Positions 46,662 through 55,097 of a stretch of DNA of 64,000 nucleotides are shown piece after piece. Under the pieces are notes generated by a model. It was not told where the DNA came from. It worked only from the letters and a program-made list of their open reading frames with translations, and made no database searches. Both the position numbers and the translations under genes were made by a program. This stretch comes from an uncultured bacterium (GTDB lineage Bacteria > Krumholzibacteriota > Krumholzibacteriia > JACNKJ01), in contig CAYFNT010000012.1 in NCBI GenBank assembly GCA_964344565.1, positions 30,648-94,647 on the forward strand. The letters are read 5' to 3'. How positions within the stretch are numbered: the stretch's first letter is position 1; the number at the start of each line of letters is the position of its first letter.

Positions 46662-47059
46662 TTCACCACGAGCAGTGAGTTGGTGAAGCCGCCCTCAGAG
46701 GCGGTGGATGGATTGTTGGGATCGGTGTTCCAGGTGTTGTTGTCGATGACGAACTTGTACTGGTAGCGACCGGGGGGAAGGTCCACAACGATGGTCCAGA
46801 TACCGTCCCCGTCGGCATCCTCCATGCGACCGATTGTATTGTCGTAGCGAGCGCTGGGGCTGGCCGTGCCACCCCACCAATTGCCCTCCCAGTTCCCCGC
46901 CAAGGTTACGATGGTCGCGGCGGGAGCCTCATAGGAGAACAATACGCCTCCGTCCACTGGATGGGGAGGTGGCAGGCGCTTCTTGACGATGTTCATGCTG
47001 CAGCCGGATGCCAGGACTAGCATCGGCAGAAGCAGGGGAAAGACTCTCTTAGAAATCAA
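46658..47059 (-). CDS. Small lipoprotein consisting of a CBM48/AMPK-beta-like glycogen-binding module
   Basis: Lipobox LVLASGC. Motif GRYQYKFVIDNNTWNTDPNNP (CBM48/CBM20-like YKF.VDG.W..DP). Confidence 0.65.
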   Translation of the reverse strand: MISKRVFPLLLPMLVLASGCSMNIVKKRLPPPHPVDGGVLFSYEAPAATIVTLAGNWEGNWWGGTASPSARYDNTIGRMEDADGDGIWTIVVDLPPGRYQYKFVIDNNTWNTDPNNPSTASEGGFTNSLLVVK

Positions 47060-49106
47060 AACGCGCCTCCAGGGTCAGCAACCTGGCCTCGCTGAGCGCC
47101 GTTTCAGCTCGATCGACCACGCGGCCGAGGCCCAGATAGGACTCCTTCATGGCCGTATCGTTCAGGCCGTTCTCGGCCAGAAACTCGCGTCTGCCATGGG
47201 GGAGGAACTGCTTGCTCAGGCCGTCGAGCCAGTAAGGATCGACACCCCAGCCCAGCGCGAGATAGCTGCGCTTGTTCAGGTGGTAGCTGATTTCCAGGAA
47301 GCTGGATCCGTAGCCGTGGGAGATGTCCAGGAAGTCCTGATCGTAGCGGGCCATCCTCTGATTGAACAGGAAGGACCATTCCTTGTGGAAACGCCAATCG
47401 AGCTCGACGATCACTTCCCAGTAGAGCGGTTTGCGATCGAGCCGAGTGGAGGCCACGGTGTGGGACAGGTTCAAGAGCATGTCGCCGGCGCTGCCCTCGT
47501 CCAGCAGCATCGCGATTCGCTGATTCAGCCGCGAGGTGCTTCCGTATCCCAAGGTGGTGTAGGCGTCCAGGGGAAGCTTGTCACCCGTGATCCAGCTGTT
47601 GCCGTATCCCACTTCGCCCGCGGCGAAGATGAACTGGTCACCCCAGCCAAGTCCCTCATCGTAGTAGTACTCCGACTGTTCGAGATCGATGCTGTAGTCC
47701 AGTCGTTTCGACTTCCAGGCGATCTCGCCTCCGTAGTGCAGCGCTCTCGCCGATAGCTCCTCGCCGCTTTCGACGAGGATGTTCCGATTCTCCTGGAAAC
47801 TGTGCTTGGCGGAGACGTGGATTCCGAAGGGGAGGAGCGTGTGGCCGGCGAACACGAGGCCGCGGGTCTCCTGGATCTTCCAACTCACTTCGGCCTGCTC
47901 GTTCCAGTTGAATTCCTCCCCCGCCCTGGCTTCCCACTGACGGTCCTTGGCCTGAAGCTTCGACTCGCCCTGGATTCCCTCGATCTCCAGGTTCGACTCG
48001 CCCAGTTCAACTCGATAGCTGAGCGCGTGGAGAAAGTTGTTCTGGACCGTGCGGTAGTAGTAGTAATCGGCAAGGCCGACCATTTCCCCGTCCCAATCCT
48101 GGTACCAGAGGTTGCCCGGCGTGAGGCCGCGGGTCGCATGCCCGAGATAGAGCACTCGGCCGGGACCCAGGCCCCGTGAGAGCTGAAGAACCCAATCGTC
48201 CCGGAAGCCATCGTCCTCGTTGCGATTGTAGTTGATCACATTGTCGAGTTCCTCGCCCTCCTCGACGGTCCGGTCAGGATCTCCCGGACGCCAGGGATTG
48301 GCCACGCTCGCATCGGCCACCATCGCCTTCAGGTCGAGGCCGAGGGGCAGGGTGGCGCGCAGGAGTCCGCCTCTCGCCCCGTAGCCATAGTCATAGCCGT
48401 ATGTGCTCACATCCCCGATCAGGGCGGCGGCTTCGTCGCTGAGGAATGTGGCTTCATTGTCGAATAGCGTGAAGGTGAAGGCCGGTCTCGTCAATACGAG
48501 GCGCGCGCGTTGGAAATTCAGGGCCGTCCGCCACATCTCCGACGGATTGGCGATGTTGTCGGCCGAAAGCTCGACGCGTCCCGCAAGGGATGGGTTGAGT
48601 TCCACGTCGAAAGCCATATTGAGGCTGTGAGTCGGTTTCTCGATGAGAACCCGATCGTTCTCGCTATCGAGAGCCTCGGCCTCGAGCCGGGCATAGTAGA
48701 ATCCGTCGACGTAGAGTTTGCTGTTGAGGGGCGAAGGCTGAGGCCCGCCGCCCGCTTCGACGACTTCGCCCTGAGCATCGACCTTGATCATCGAGTTGCC
48801 GTAGTCTCCGCCAGTCTGGGTGTTCGAAGGGTCGGTGATCCAGTTGCCGTCGACCACGAACTTGTACTGGTGTTCTCCCGGTCCGAGGGGAAGCACGAGA
48901 GTGAAAACGCCATCGCCATCGTTTCCAAAGATGTTGGCGTTGGTGTTCCAGCCGTTGTACTCACCCGCCCAGGCCACGTTGCTCGCGCCGTCATCCCGGT
49001 AGGTGAAGAGGATGCCGTCATCGACCTTCCTGGGGAAATCGGAAGCCAGGGAAGGCAAGGCCAATAGGAGCAGGGCCAGTGACAGTAGTTTGCTCAGTCT
49101 GTTCAT
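47049..49106 (-). CDS. Outer-membrane beta-barrel protein with N-terminal CBM48 glycogen-binding module (candidate alpha-glucan porin)
   Basis: Real start ATG 49106 (MNRLSKLLSLALLLLALPSLASD signal peptide); the 762-aa ORF-track version has a spurious extension. CBM48 motif GPGEHQYKFVVDGNWITDPSNT. About 580 aa with alternating amphipathic segments ending ...ARLLTLEARFDF, a C-terminal Phe as in OMPs. Confidence 0.6.
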   Translation of the reverse strand: MNRLSKLLSLALLLLALPSLASDFPRKVDDGILFTYRDDGASNVAWAGEYNGWNTNANIFGNDGDGVFTLVLPLGPGEHQYKFVVDGNWITDPSNTQTGGDYGNSMIKVDAQGEVVEAGGGPQPSPLNSKLYVDGFYYARLEAEALDSENDRVLIEKPTHSLNMAFDVELNPSLAGRVELSADNIANPSEMWRTALNFQRARLVLTRPAFTFTLFDNEATFLSDEAAALIGDVSTYGYDYGYGARGGLLRATLPLGLDLKAMVADASVANPWRPGDPDRTVEEGEELDNVINYNRNEDDGFRDDWVLQLSRGLGPGRVLYLGHATRGLTPGNLWYQDWDGEMVGLADYYYYRTVQNNFLHALSYRVELGESNLEIEGIQGESKLQAKDRQWEARAGEEFNWNEQAEVSWKIQETRGLVFAGHTLLPFGIHVSAKHSFQENRNILVESGEELSARALHYGGEIAWKSKRLDYSIDLEQSEYYYDEGLGWGDQFIFAAGEVGYGNSWITGDKLPLDAYTTLGYGSTSRLNQRIAMLLDEGSAGDMLLNLSHTVASTRLDRKPLYWEVIVELDWRFHKEWSFLFNQRMARYDQDFLDISHGYGSSFLEISYHLNKRSYLALGWGVDPYWLDGLSKQFLPHGRREFLAENGLNDTAMKESYLGLGRVVDRAETALSEARLLTLEARFDF

Positions 49107-49114
49107 GTCGGACC

Positions 49115-50650
49115 TCAGAACCATGTCTTGAGGGTGAGCTTGAATTCGTCGCGCATCCGTCCACCCGACTCGAAATCGCTGTCGTTCACCAATTCGCCCC
49201 AGTCCCCGTAGTTTTCGGGACCATAGGAGAGGAAGAATTCGAGATTGTCGTGAGGACGGTATTGAATCTGTGTGTAGAGCATCGAACGCGCCTCGATGGC
49301 GTCGCTGGCCACCATGAACCTGTTGTACCATTTCCACTGCGTGGTGAGGTTCAGAGTGGTTTCGAGTCCATAGATGCGTTTCTCGCTGCGGGTGTCCCAG
49401 TCCTTGATCTTGAACTGGGTTTTCAGCCAGGCCAGGCGATTCTCCACGATGAGTTCCACGAGCCAGTCGTAGTGCTTATAGTGGACGCCCTGCCAGGTAT
49501 CGTCGAAACGCTGGTGGCTGAGGTTCACCTTGAAGCCGTTGATGAACTCGACGTAGACGTTCTGGTTCATCCAGCGTTTCGGATCATTGGTCAAGAGCAG
49601 CGTGCGACCATCATCGATGGAATCGTAGATGTAACGATCCACGCGCCGCTTGGCGCCCCATTCGAGTGTGTAGGTGATCGCCCTCTGAGGCAGGATGTAG
49701 TAGCTGTGAAGGTTGTAGCCGACCTCGTTGGTGGCGTCGCCGCCCTGATAGTTCTTGTAGTCGGGCCCCAGGCGCCAGTAGCTGAGATTGACAGTGTAGT
49801 GGCCGAGTGCGTGATTGCCCATCTGGAAGTTGCGCATCTCGGCTTTGATCGCCGCGTCCCTTGGGACGGCGGCCTCCAGCCATGCGAAGGGCTTGCCGCC
49901 GTGCCAATCGGGTAGGTCCCAATGATCGTCGCCGATGGTCTCGGAGGGCACCCGGCTGGCAGCGTACTGGGCCGAAAAATCGGCCACGGGGCTGACCCAT
50001 AGGAAGTCGCCGCTGATCACGCTGTTGTACTGCTTTGTGAAGTCGGTGTCGACGTCGGCGTAGTTCTTCCGAACATAGGACATGCCGAGGTAGGATCCCG
50101 AATCACCCAAACGCCGGGTTCCCCGGAGGAGATGGACGTCATCGGTGACTTCGATGGCATCGGTTCCGTAGTCATCCTGCGAGGAAAAATCGCTGAAGAC
50201 GTAGACACCGTACCAGGGATCGGCCCACCCCTCCATGCGCAGGCCTTGGGCGTTGTCGCCGTCCTTGACGTTGTCTTCCTTGACCAACTCCAGCAGATGG
50301 TTTCCGATCCAGAAGCGCTTTTCGCGGGTGAAGAGGAAGGCTTCGGCGGCCTTGGGCCCGTCCTCGACGCGATACTTGAGATGCCCCTCGTAGAGGAAGA
50401 AGGCCGGTTGTGGCGCTGAGTTGTTCCAGCGGTCCCAGCGCGAACCCAGCTTTGCCCAGAGTTCGCCGCGATGGGACAGGTTCGCCCGCAGCTTCATTTC
50501 GAAGTAATTGCTGGGGCGCCAGAGGTCCCAGCTCTGGTCGTCGTTGACCCGCGTGCCGCCCACATTGCTTTCCCAGTAGCCCTCGAGCACCGTGGCTGCC
50601 TGCGCTGAGACCGAGCCGAGAAGAAGGATCAGAAGGAGCGCTCGCTTCAT
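49115..50650 (-). CDS. Outer-membrane beta-barrel protein (C-terminal ...FKLTLKTWF), unknown specificity
   Basis: Signal peptide MKRALLLILLLGSVSAQA. Tyr/Trp/Asn-rich alternating pattern and a terminal aromatic residue. Confidence 0.55.
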   Translation of the reverse strand: MKRALLLILLLGSVSAQAATVLEGYWESNVGGTRVNDDQSWDLWRPSNYFEMKLRANLSHRGELWAKLGSRWDRWNNSAPQPAFFLYEGHLKYRVEDGPKAAEAFLFTREKRFWIGNHLLELVKEDNVKDGDNAQGLRMEGWADPWYGVYVFSDFSSQDDYGTDAIEVTDDVHLLRGTRRLGDSGSYLGMSYVRKNYADVDTDFTKQYNSVISGDFLWVSPVADFSAQYAASRVPSETIGDDHWDLPDWHGGKPFAWLEAAVPRDAAIKAEMRNFQMGNHALGHYTVNLSYWRLGPDYKNYQGGDATNEVGYNLHSYYILPQRAITYTLEWGAKRRVDRYIYDSIDDGRTLLLTNDPKRWMNQNVYVEFINGFKVNLSHQRFDDTWQGVHYKHYDWLVELIVENRLAWLKTQFKIKDWDTRSEKRIYGLETTLNLTTQWKWYNRFMVASDAIEARSMLYTQIQYRPHDNLEFFLSYGPENYGDWGELVNDSDFESGGRMRDEFKLTLKTWF

Positions 50651-51516
50651 CTCGCTACCTCCCGGCTACCGAAGATGGGTGAGAGCGAGAAGGTTAGGGT
50701 GTTGCCCAGGCGCCCACGGCTCTGGAATGCGAAGTCCATGTTCCAGCGTGCTGCCCTCAGGCCGAAGCCGGCGGTGGCGTAGCGCCCGGTGGTGCCGCCG
50801 CGAATGTGGAAGGCGTCGAAGAAGCGAAGCTCGGAGCCGAAGATGAGTTCGGCTTCCCGTCCGGGGATCGACCTGTACTCGAAGAGCAAGGCGAGATTGC
50901 TCCTCCAGAGGTAGGTGGCGGCCAGGCGGCTCTCGCTTCTCGCCATGCCCCAGGATTCCCCTCCATCGAGCATCTCGATCTCGCTGGCTGCAAGACTCTT
51001 CGCCAGGATCGCGAAGGACAGGTTCCTGCTGTAGGGAAGCAGGACAGAGGCGTCGAAGGTGAAGCCGCGCATGGAATCGATGAGGTCGCTGCCGTCGTAG
51101 CCGGGTACGTCGAGGATCAGACCCCGGAACCGCATGCCAATGCCCAGGTTCCGTCCTAGGAACTTGATACTCCAACCCGCCCCCAGGCTGATCTCGTCTT
51201 CCACCCAGAGATCGCTCAGTCCGTATCGATGCCAGGCGACCGAGAGTCCTCCCGAGCGATAGGGCTGCAGCCAGGCCGCCGTCGATGAACGCACGCCACT
51301 GCCGTACCAGTCGTGCAGCAGGAAGTGTGCGCCTGCTCCCTGCAGATAGGGGAGCCGCGCCGGATTCGCGAGGGATGAGGCCGCATCGGTCTCGATACCC
51401 GTGGCGTTGCCTCCCAGGGCCTCCGAACGTCCGTCCAGTACGATCTGCGAGAAGAGCTCGGCTTGAGTCGATGAAGCGAGGGCCAGTACCCCGAGAAGGA
51501 GCAAGAGTCTCTTCAT
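50647..51516 (-). CDS. Putative PorP/SprF-family T9SS outer-membrane protein (cognate partner of the adjacent type-B CTD cargo)
   Basis: Real start ATG 51516 (MKRLLLLLGVLALASSTQA). N-terminus ELFSQIVLDG...SLANPARLPYLQGAG resembles the PorP/SprF FSQY...NPAyaG signature. Size (about 290 aa) and beta-rich composition fit. It lies immediately downstream of a type-B CTD protein. Confidence 0.45.
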   Translation of the reverse strand: MKRLLLLLGVLALASSTQAELFSQIVLDGRSEALGGNATGIETDAASSLANPARLPYLQGAGAHFLLHDWYGSGVRSSTAAWLQPYRSGGLSVAWHRYGLSDLWVEDEISLGAGWSIKFLGRNLGIGMRFRGLILDVPGYDGSDLIDSMRGFTFDASVLLPYSRNLSFAILAKSLAASEIEMLDGGESWGMARSESRLAATYLWRSNLALLFEYRSIPGREAELIFGSELRFFDAFHIRGGTTGRYATAGFGLRAARWNMDFAFQSRGRLGNTLTFSLSPIFGSREVAR

Positions 51517-52694
51517 CGCAGAACCGCCATGGGAAGGAGGAAACGGTCCACGCCCTCGATCTCCACTCGCGCGTAGTAGAGGCCGGGTTCCTGCAATTCG
51601 CGCTCCTTGTTGCGCCCCTCCCAATAGAAGTCCAGCTGAACATCCGAATCGCCCAGAACGACGAACTCTCGCGTGAGGAAATGGATGCGTCGACCCGTGC
51701 CGTCGTAGACGTCTCCGAAGATTCGATCATGCACCAGTTCGAGAATCGACTCGGTAGTGAGGTTGTGGGAGATGAACATTCGGAAGTGGGCTATATCATG
51801 CAGCCCGTCGCCGTTGGGGCTTATGGCATCGACGAGGCTTTCGGGCTCGGTGGCGCCGATGCTCGAATTGCCCGGATTGAAGAAGAACTCCATGGGTGGG
51901 ATATCGCTGATGACGTCCGCGCTGCGCCACGAGGGTGCCACTCCGATGTCGGGCAACCCATCCAGGTCGCGGTCGGGTCGGAGGATGATGAAATTGTCAA
52001 GGAAGGCGATCTCCCCGGAGTTCTCTGGCATTCCGGGCAGATCGAAGAAACTCGAATTGTCGGGTGCGCAGTCCGGGCCTGACTGTCCGTCGGAACCCGA
52101 AACCACGACCGCGACCAGCCCGATCTCGCGTCCGGCGGGGATGAGCCCGTCGTGGCCGGGGAAGACCTCGGCCCAGGGGATCGCCGCCTCCATCGAGGCG
52201 AAGGGTCGCCCTTGGTTGAAACTTGCAGAAGCGATGAATTGGCTGTTCACCACCAATTGCTCTGCGCTGGTCTGGTCGCCGGTCTGCACTCGCCACATCT
52301 GCGGATCGGTATTCGTGTCCCAGGTCGCGAGGAAGAGGTCTGGAGCCTGGTTCAGGAAGCGCAGCTTTCGTCGCCAGCCCGTGGTGACCAGGTCCATGTC
52401 GGGGATGCCGCTGGAAGGCGTGGTGTCGAAGAACAACATGATGTTGTTGCCCCAGCATCGACCGTCGACGGCGACGAAAAGGGAGTCGGTGTTCCAGGTG
52501 GCACGAATCTGATTGATGTCGTTGTTTTCGCCCCAGCGGGAATCGAAGGCGAGTTCTTCCCCGGGGTTGAAGAACACTTCCTCGGACTGGAAGTCCGAAC
52601 TGTCGCCGTCGATGACTATGCTGCGATCGGTAGCCGTGTAAGCCTGGGCCGAAATCGCAAGTCCGATCAAGAGGCAGGTGGACAATCGCCGCAT
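51513..52694 (-). CDS. Secreted protein with T9SS type-B C-terminal sorting domain (gliding-motility-type CTD); N-terminal putative carbohydrate-binding domain
   Basis: Signal peptide MRRLSTCLLIGLAISAQA. C-terminus ISPNGDGLHDIAHFRMF...DRIFGDVYDGTGRRIHF...FYWEGRNKERELQEPGLYYARVEIEG matches the type-B CTD pattern (SPNGDG.ND.F.I...I.....G..V...........W.G.......PG.Y.Y...). First gene of the operon. Confidence 0.6.
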   Translation of the reverse strand: MRRLSTCLLIGLAISAQAYTATDRSIVIDGDSSDFQSEEVFFNPGEELAFDSRWGENNDINQIRATWNTDSLFVAVDGRCWGNNIMLFFDTTPSSGIPDMDLVTTGWRRKLRFLNQAPDLFLATWDTNTDPQMWRVQTGDQTSAEQLVVNSQFIASASFNQGRPFASMEAAIPWAEVFPGHDGLIPAGREIGLVAVVVSGSDGQSGPDCAPDNSSFFDLPGMPENSGEIAFLDNFIILRPDRDLDGLPDIGVAPSWRSADVISDIPPMEFFFNPGNSSIGATEPESLVDAISPNGDGLHDIAHFRMFISHNLTTESILELVHDRIFGDVYDGTGRRIHFLTREFVVLGDSDVQLDFYWEGRNKERELQEPGLYYARVEIEGVDRFLLPMAVLR

Positions 52695-52801
52695 GATCCC
52701 TCCCAGGAAAGCGAATCGACAAGCTAACAGATCGCCTATCCATCATCAAGGGTGGTCGACACGGGCCTGGGAACTTGGTAGGAATAGGGGCGGGAGGCCC
52801 C

Positions 52802-55078
52802 ATGAGAACCACCCTGATCGCTCTGATCTCGATACTGTCGGCGGTCCACGCCGAGACTCCGCTGGAAGGCGGCGTGCCCTTCGCGCCCCTGGCGCCCGGT
52901 GAGCTGAGCCGCGAGGTCATCCTGTCCGGCGGCGGGGCCACGCACTTCGCCTGCGAGAGCCACGACGAGCACCGCCGCGCCTACCACGGTCTCTACAATC
53001 GCATGCACGAGTTCCTAGACGGCTGGCGATTCCGCGTGGGGGAGCGGATCCTTCATCCCGCTGACGGTTCCCTCGAACTCTGGCCCTGGACCTTCCATCG
53101 CAGCTACGAAGGCGGGCCGATCGAATCGCTCTTCATGCCGAGGGGTATTCCCGGCGTGATCGTCTCGCTCTCCGGCGCGGCCGGAAACTGCGAGTTCGAA
53201 CCCCACATCGACATGCGTTTCATATGGGACGTTCCCCGCCCCGACTACGAGGTCGAATGGAACGAACGGCTGGGCGCGCTCTTCATCCGCCGAGTCGAAT
53301 TCGAACCGCCGGCGGAAGTGCCACGAGTCGTCGCCATCGTGCCGGGATTCTGGTCCACCTGGCGCTACGCCGACGCCTGGCTTCCCAACGACTACACCCG
53401 CGACAAGGCGCGCCGGGCCATGGAGAAGGCGAACCCATGGATCCCGGGCAGCTTTCACCTGGAGCTTTACGAGGGCGACGTGGCCGATTTCGCCGTGGGC
53501 CTCGGCGCCGATGAACGCGAGGCCTTCGCCGTGGCCCGCGATCTGCTCGACAGGCAGGATCTGCTGCGCGCCGAAGCCCGCGACCACTTCACGGAGCTCT
53601 CGACACGCGTCCCCCGCACCAGTGATGAACGCCTGAACAAGGCTCTCACCTGGGCGCGCTACTCCATGGACCAGCTCATCATGAACTCGCGGGGACCGGG
53701 CATCTACGCGGGCTACCACTGGTTCACCAACTACTGGGGACGCGACACCTTCATCTCGCTGCCGGGCGCCTGCCTGGTCAGCGGCGACTTCGAGCGGGCG
53801 CGCGCCATCCTGGCGAGTTTCGCAGACTATCAGCTCACCGATCCGTCGAATCCGCGCGAAGGGCGCCTGCCCAACATCGTGAATCCCGACAATCTGCAGT
53901 ACGCGGGCGTGGACGGTACCTGGTGGTGGGTGAGGGCCCTGCGCATCTATCTGGACTACACCCGCGACCTGGACTTCATGCGCGAGATGCGTCCGGTGGT
54001 GGACCGGGCGATTGCGGGCGCGCTGCGTCACGCGGTCGACGAACACGGCCTGCTCACCCACGGCGATGGCGAGACCTGGATGGACGCCGGCGGCGAGGTC
54101 AATCCGCGCTCGCCCCGCGGCAACCGCGCCGTGGAAGTCGAGGCCCTGTGGATCGACGGCCTAGATTCGGCCGCCCTTTTCGCCCGTGTGGACGGTGACT
54201 CGGCCGCGATGCGCCGCTACCAGACCCTCGCCGACAAGGCGCGGGCATCATTTCTCGAGTTGTACACCCGGGTGGACGGATTGGGACTCGCCGACCATCT
54301 GAATGTTGACGGAAGTCAGGATCTGCAGATCCGGCCGAATCAGCTGCTTGCGATTACGATTCCAAGAGGCTCTCCACGGAAGAACAGGATCTGGGGAGCG
54401 GAATGGATTCCCGAGGCGATCGAACTCGATGTCGTGAAAACGGTGATGCAGCATCTCGTCAGGGAAAACGGAGTCACTAGTTTGAGCCCATCGGATGATT
54501 CGTGGATTCCTCGACATGTGGATTGGACCAGAAGTCATTTCGATGACGCATACCATAACGGTGACGTGTGGCTATGGCTTTCTGGCGCTGCGATGGAAGC
54601 TAGAGAGGTGGCGAATTGGAGTTTCTATCATCGCACGAGGGAGCAAATGAATGTCCTGATAGAGGACACCATTGAGCATGGGGCCCTAGGTAGCCTCCGG
54701 GAAATCCGTGATGGAGAGCTTTCCCTGAAGGAGGACTATGGGGGCGCTACCAGCCAGGCCTGGTCACTCGCGGAGTTGCTTCGGGTTCAGTTCGAGTCGG
54801 TTCTAGGAATCAAACCTCTCCTCCTGGACAGGTTAGTCCTGTGGGATCCGGCTTCGGTCGGTCTGCATGCCCGAGTATTCTTGGGTGGTCAGGAATGGAG
54901 TGTTTCGCTGGAGGAAGAGAAGCCTTCGAATATTGTACACGTGTACAATGGGTGGAAGTACGTAGGTGGAACATGGCCCGACGGAATCAATGGCTGGGAA
55001 GTACAATCTCCCAATCGTAGCCCAGAGACATTGACCGAGCAGGGGCTGCCCTACAGGGAGTCCGGTGAGGTTTGGTAG
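52802..55078 (+). CDS. Secreted amylo-alpha-1,6-glucosidase / glycogen-debranching enzyme (GDE_C family)
   Basis: Start ATG 52802 (MRTTLIALISILSAVHA signal peptide, SD GGGAGG). GDE_C motifs GYHWFTNYWGRDTFISLPG and YHNGDVWLWLSG. The 3' 830 nt have markedly lower GC (about 52%). Contains the ATTGTACACGTGTACAAT palindrome at 54932-54949. Confidence 0.8.
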   Translation: MRTTLIALISILSAVHAETPLEGGVPFAPLAPGELSREVILSGGGATHFACESHDEHRRAYHGLYNRMHEFLDGWRFRVGERILHPADGSLELWPWTFHRSYEGGPIESLFMPRGIPGVIVSLSGAAGNCEFEPHIDMRFIWDVPRPDYEVEWNERLGALFIRRVEFEPPAEVPRVVAIVPGFWSTWRYADAWLPNDYTRDKARRAMEKANPWIPGSFHLELYEGDVADFAVGLGADEREAFAVARDLLDRQDLLRAEARDHFTELSTRVPRTSDERLNKALTWARYSMDQLIMNSRGPGIYAGYHWFTNYWGRDTFISLPGACLVSGDFERARAILASFADYQLTDPSNPREGRLPNIVNPDNLQYAGVDGTWWWVRALRIYLDYTRDLDFMREMRPVVDRAIAGALRHAVDEHGLLTHGDGETWMDAGGEVNPRSPRGNRAVEVEALWIDGLDSAALFARVDGDSAAMRRYQTLADKARASFLELYTRVDGLGLADHLNVDGSQDLQIRPNQLLAITIPRGSPRKNRIWGAEWIPEAIELDVVKTVMQHLVRENGVTSLSPSDDSWIPRHVDWTRSHFDDAYHNGDVWLWLSGAAMEAREVANWSFYHRTREQMNVLIEDTIEHGALGSLREIRDGELSLKEDYGGATSQAWSLAELLRVQFESVLGIKPLLLDRLVLWDPASVGLHARVFLGGQEWSVSLEEEKPSNIVHVYNGWKYVGGTWPDGINGWEVQSPNRSPETLTEQGLPYRESGEVW
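54932..54949. promoter_or_regulatory. 18-bp perfect palindrome ATTGTACACGTGTACAAT (candidate LacI-family operator) about 150 nt upstream of the malE-like gene
   Basis: Perfect palindrome with the TG-N4-CG-N4-CA core. It also contains a TACAAT -10-like hexamer. It lies inside the 3' end of the GDE gene and upstream of the ABC transporter genes. Confidence 0.5.
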
Positions 55079-55097
55079 ATTCGCAAGGAGAGTTACT

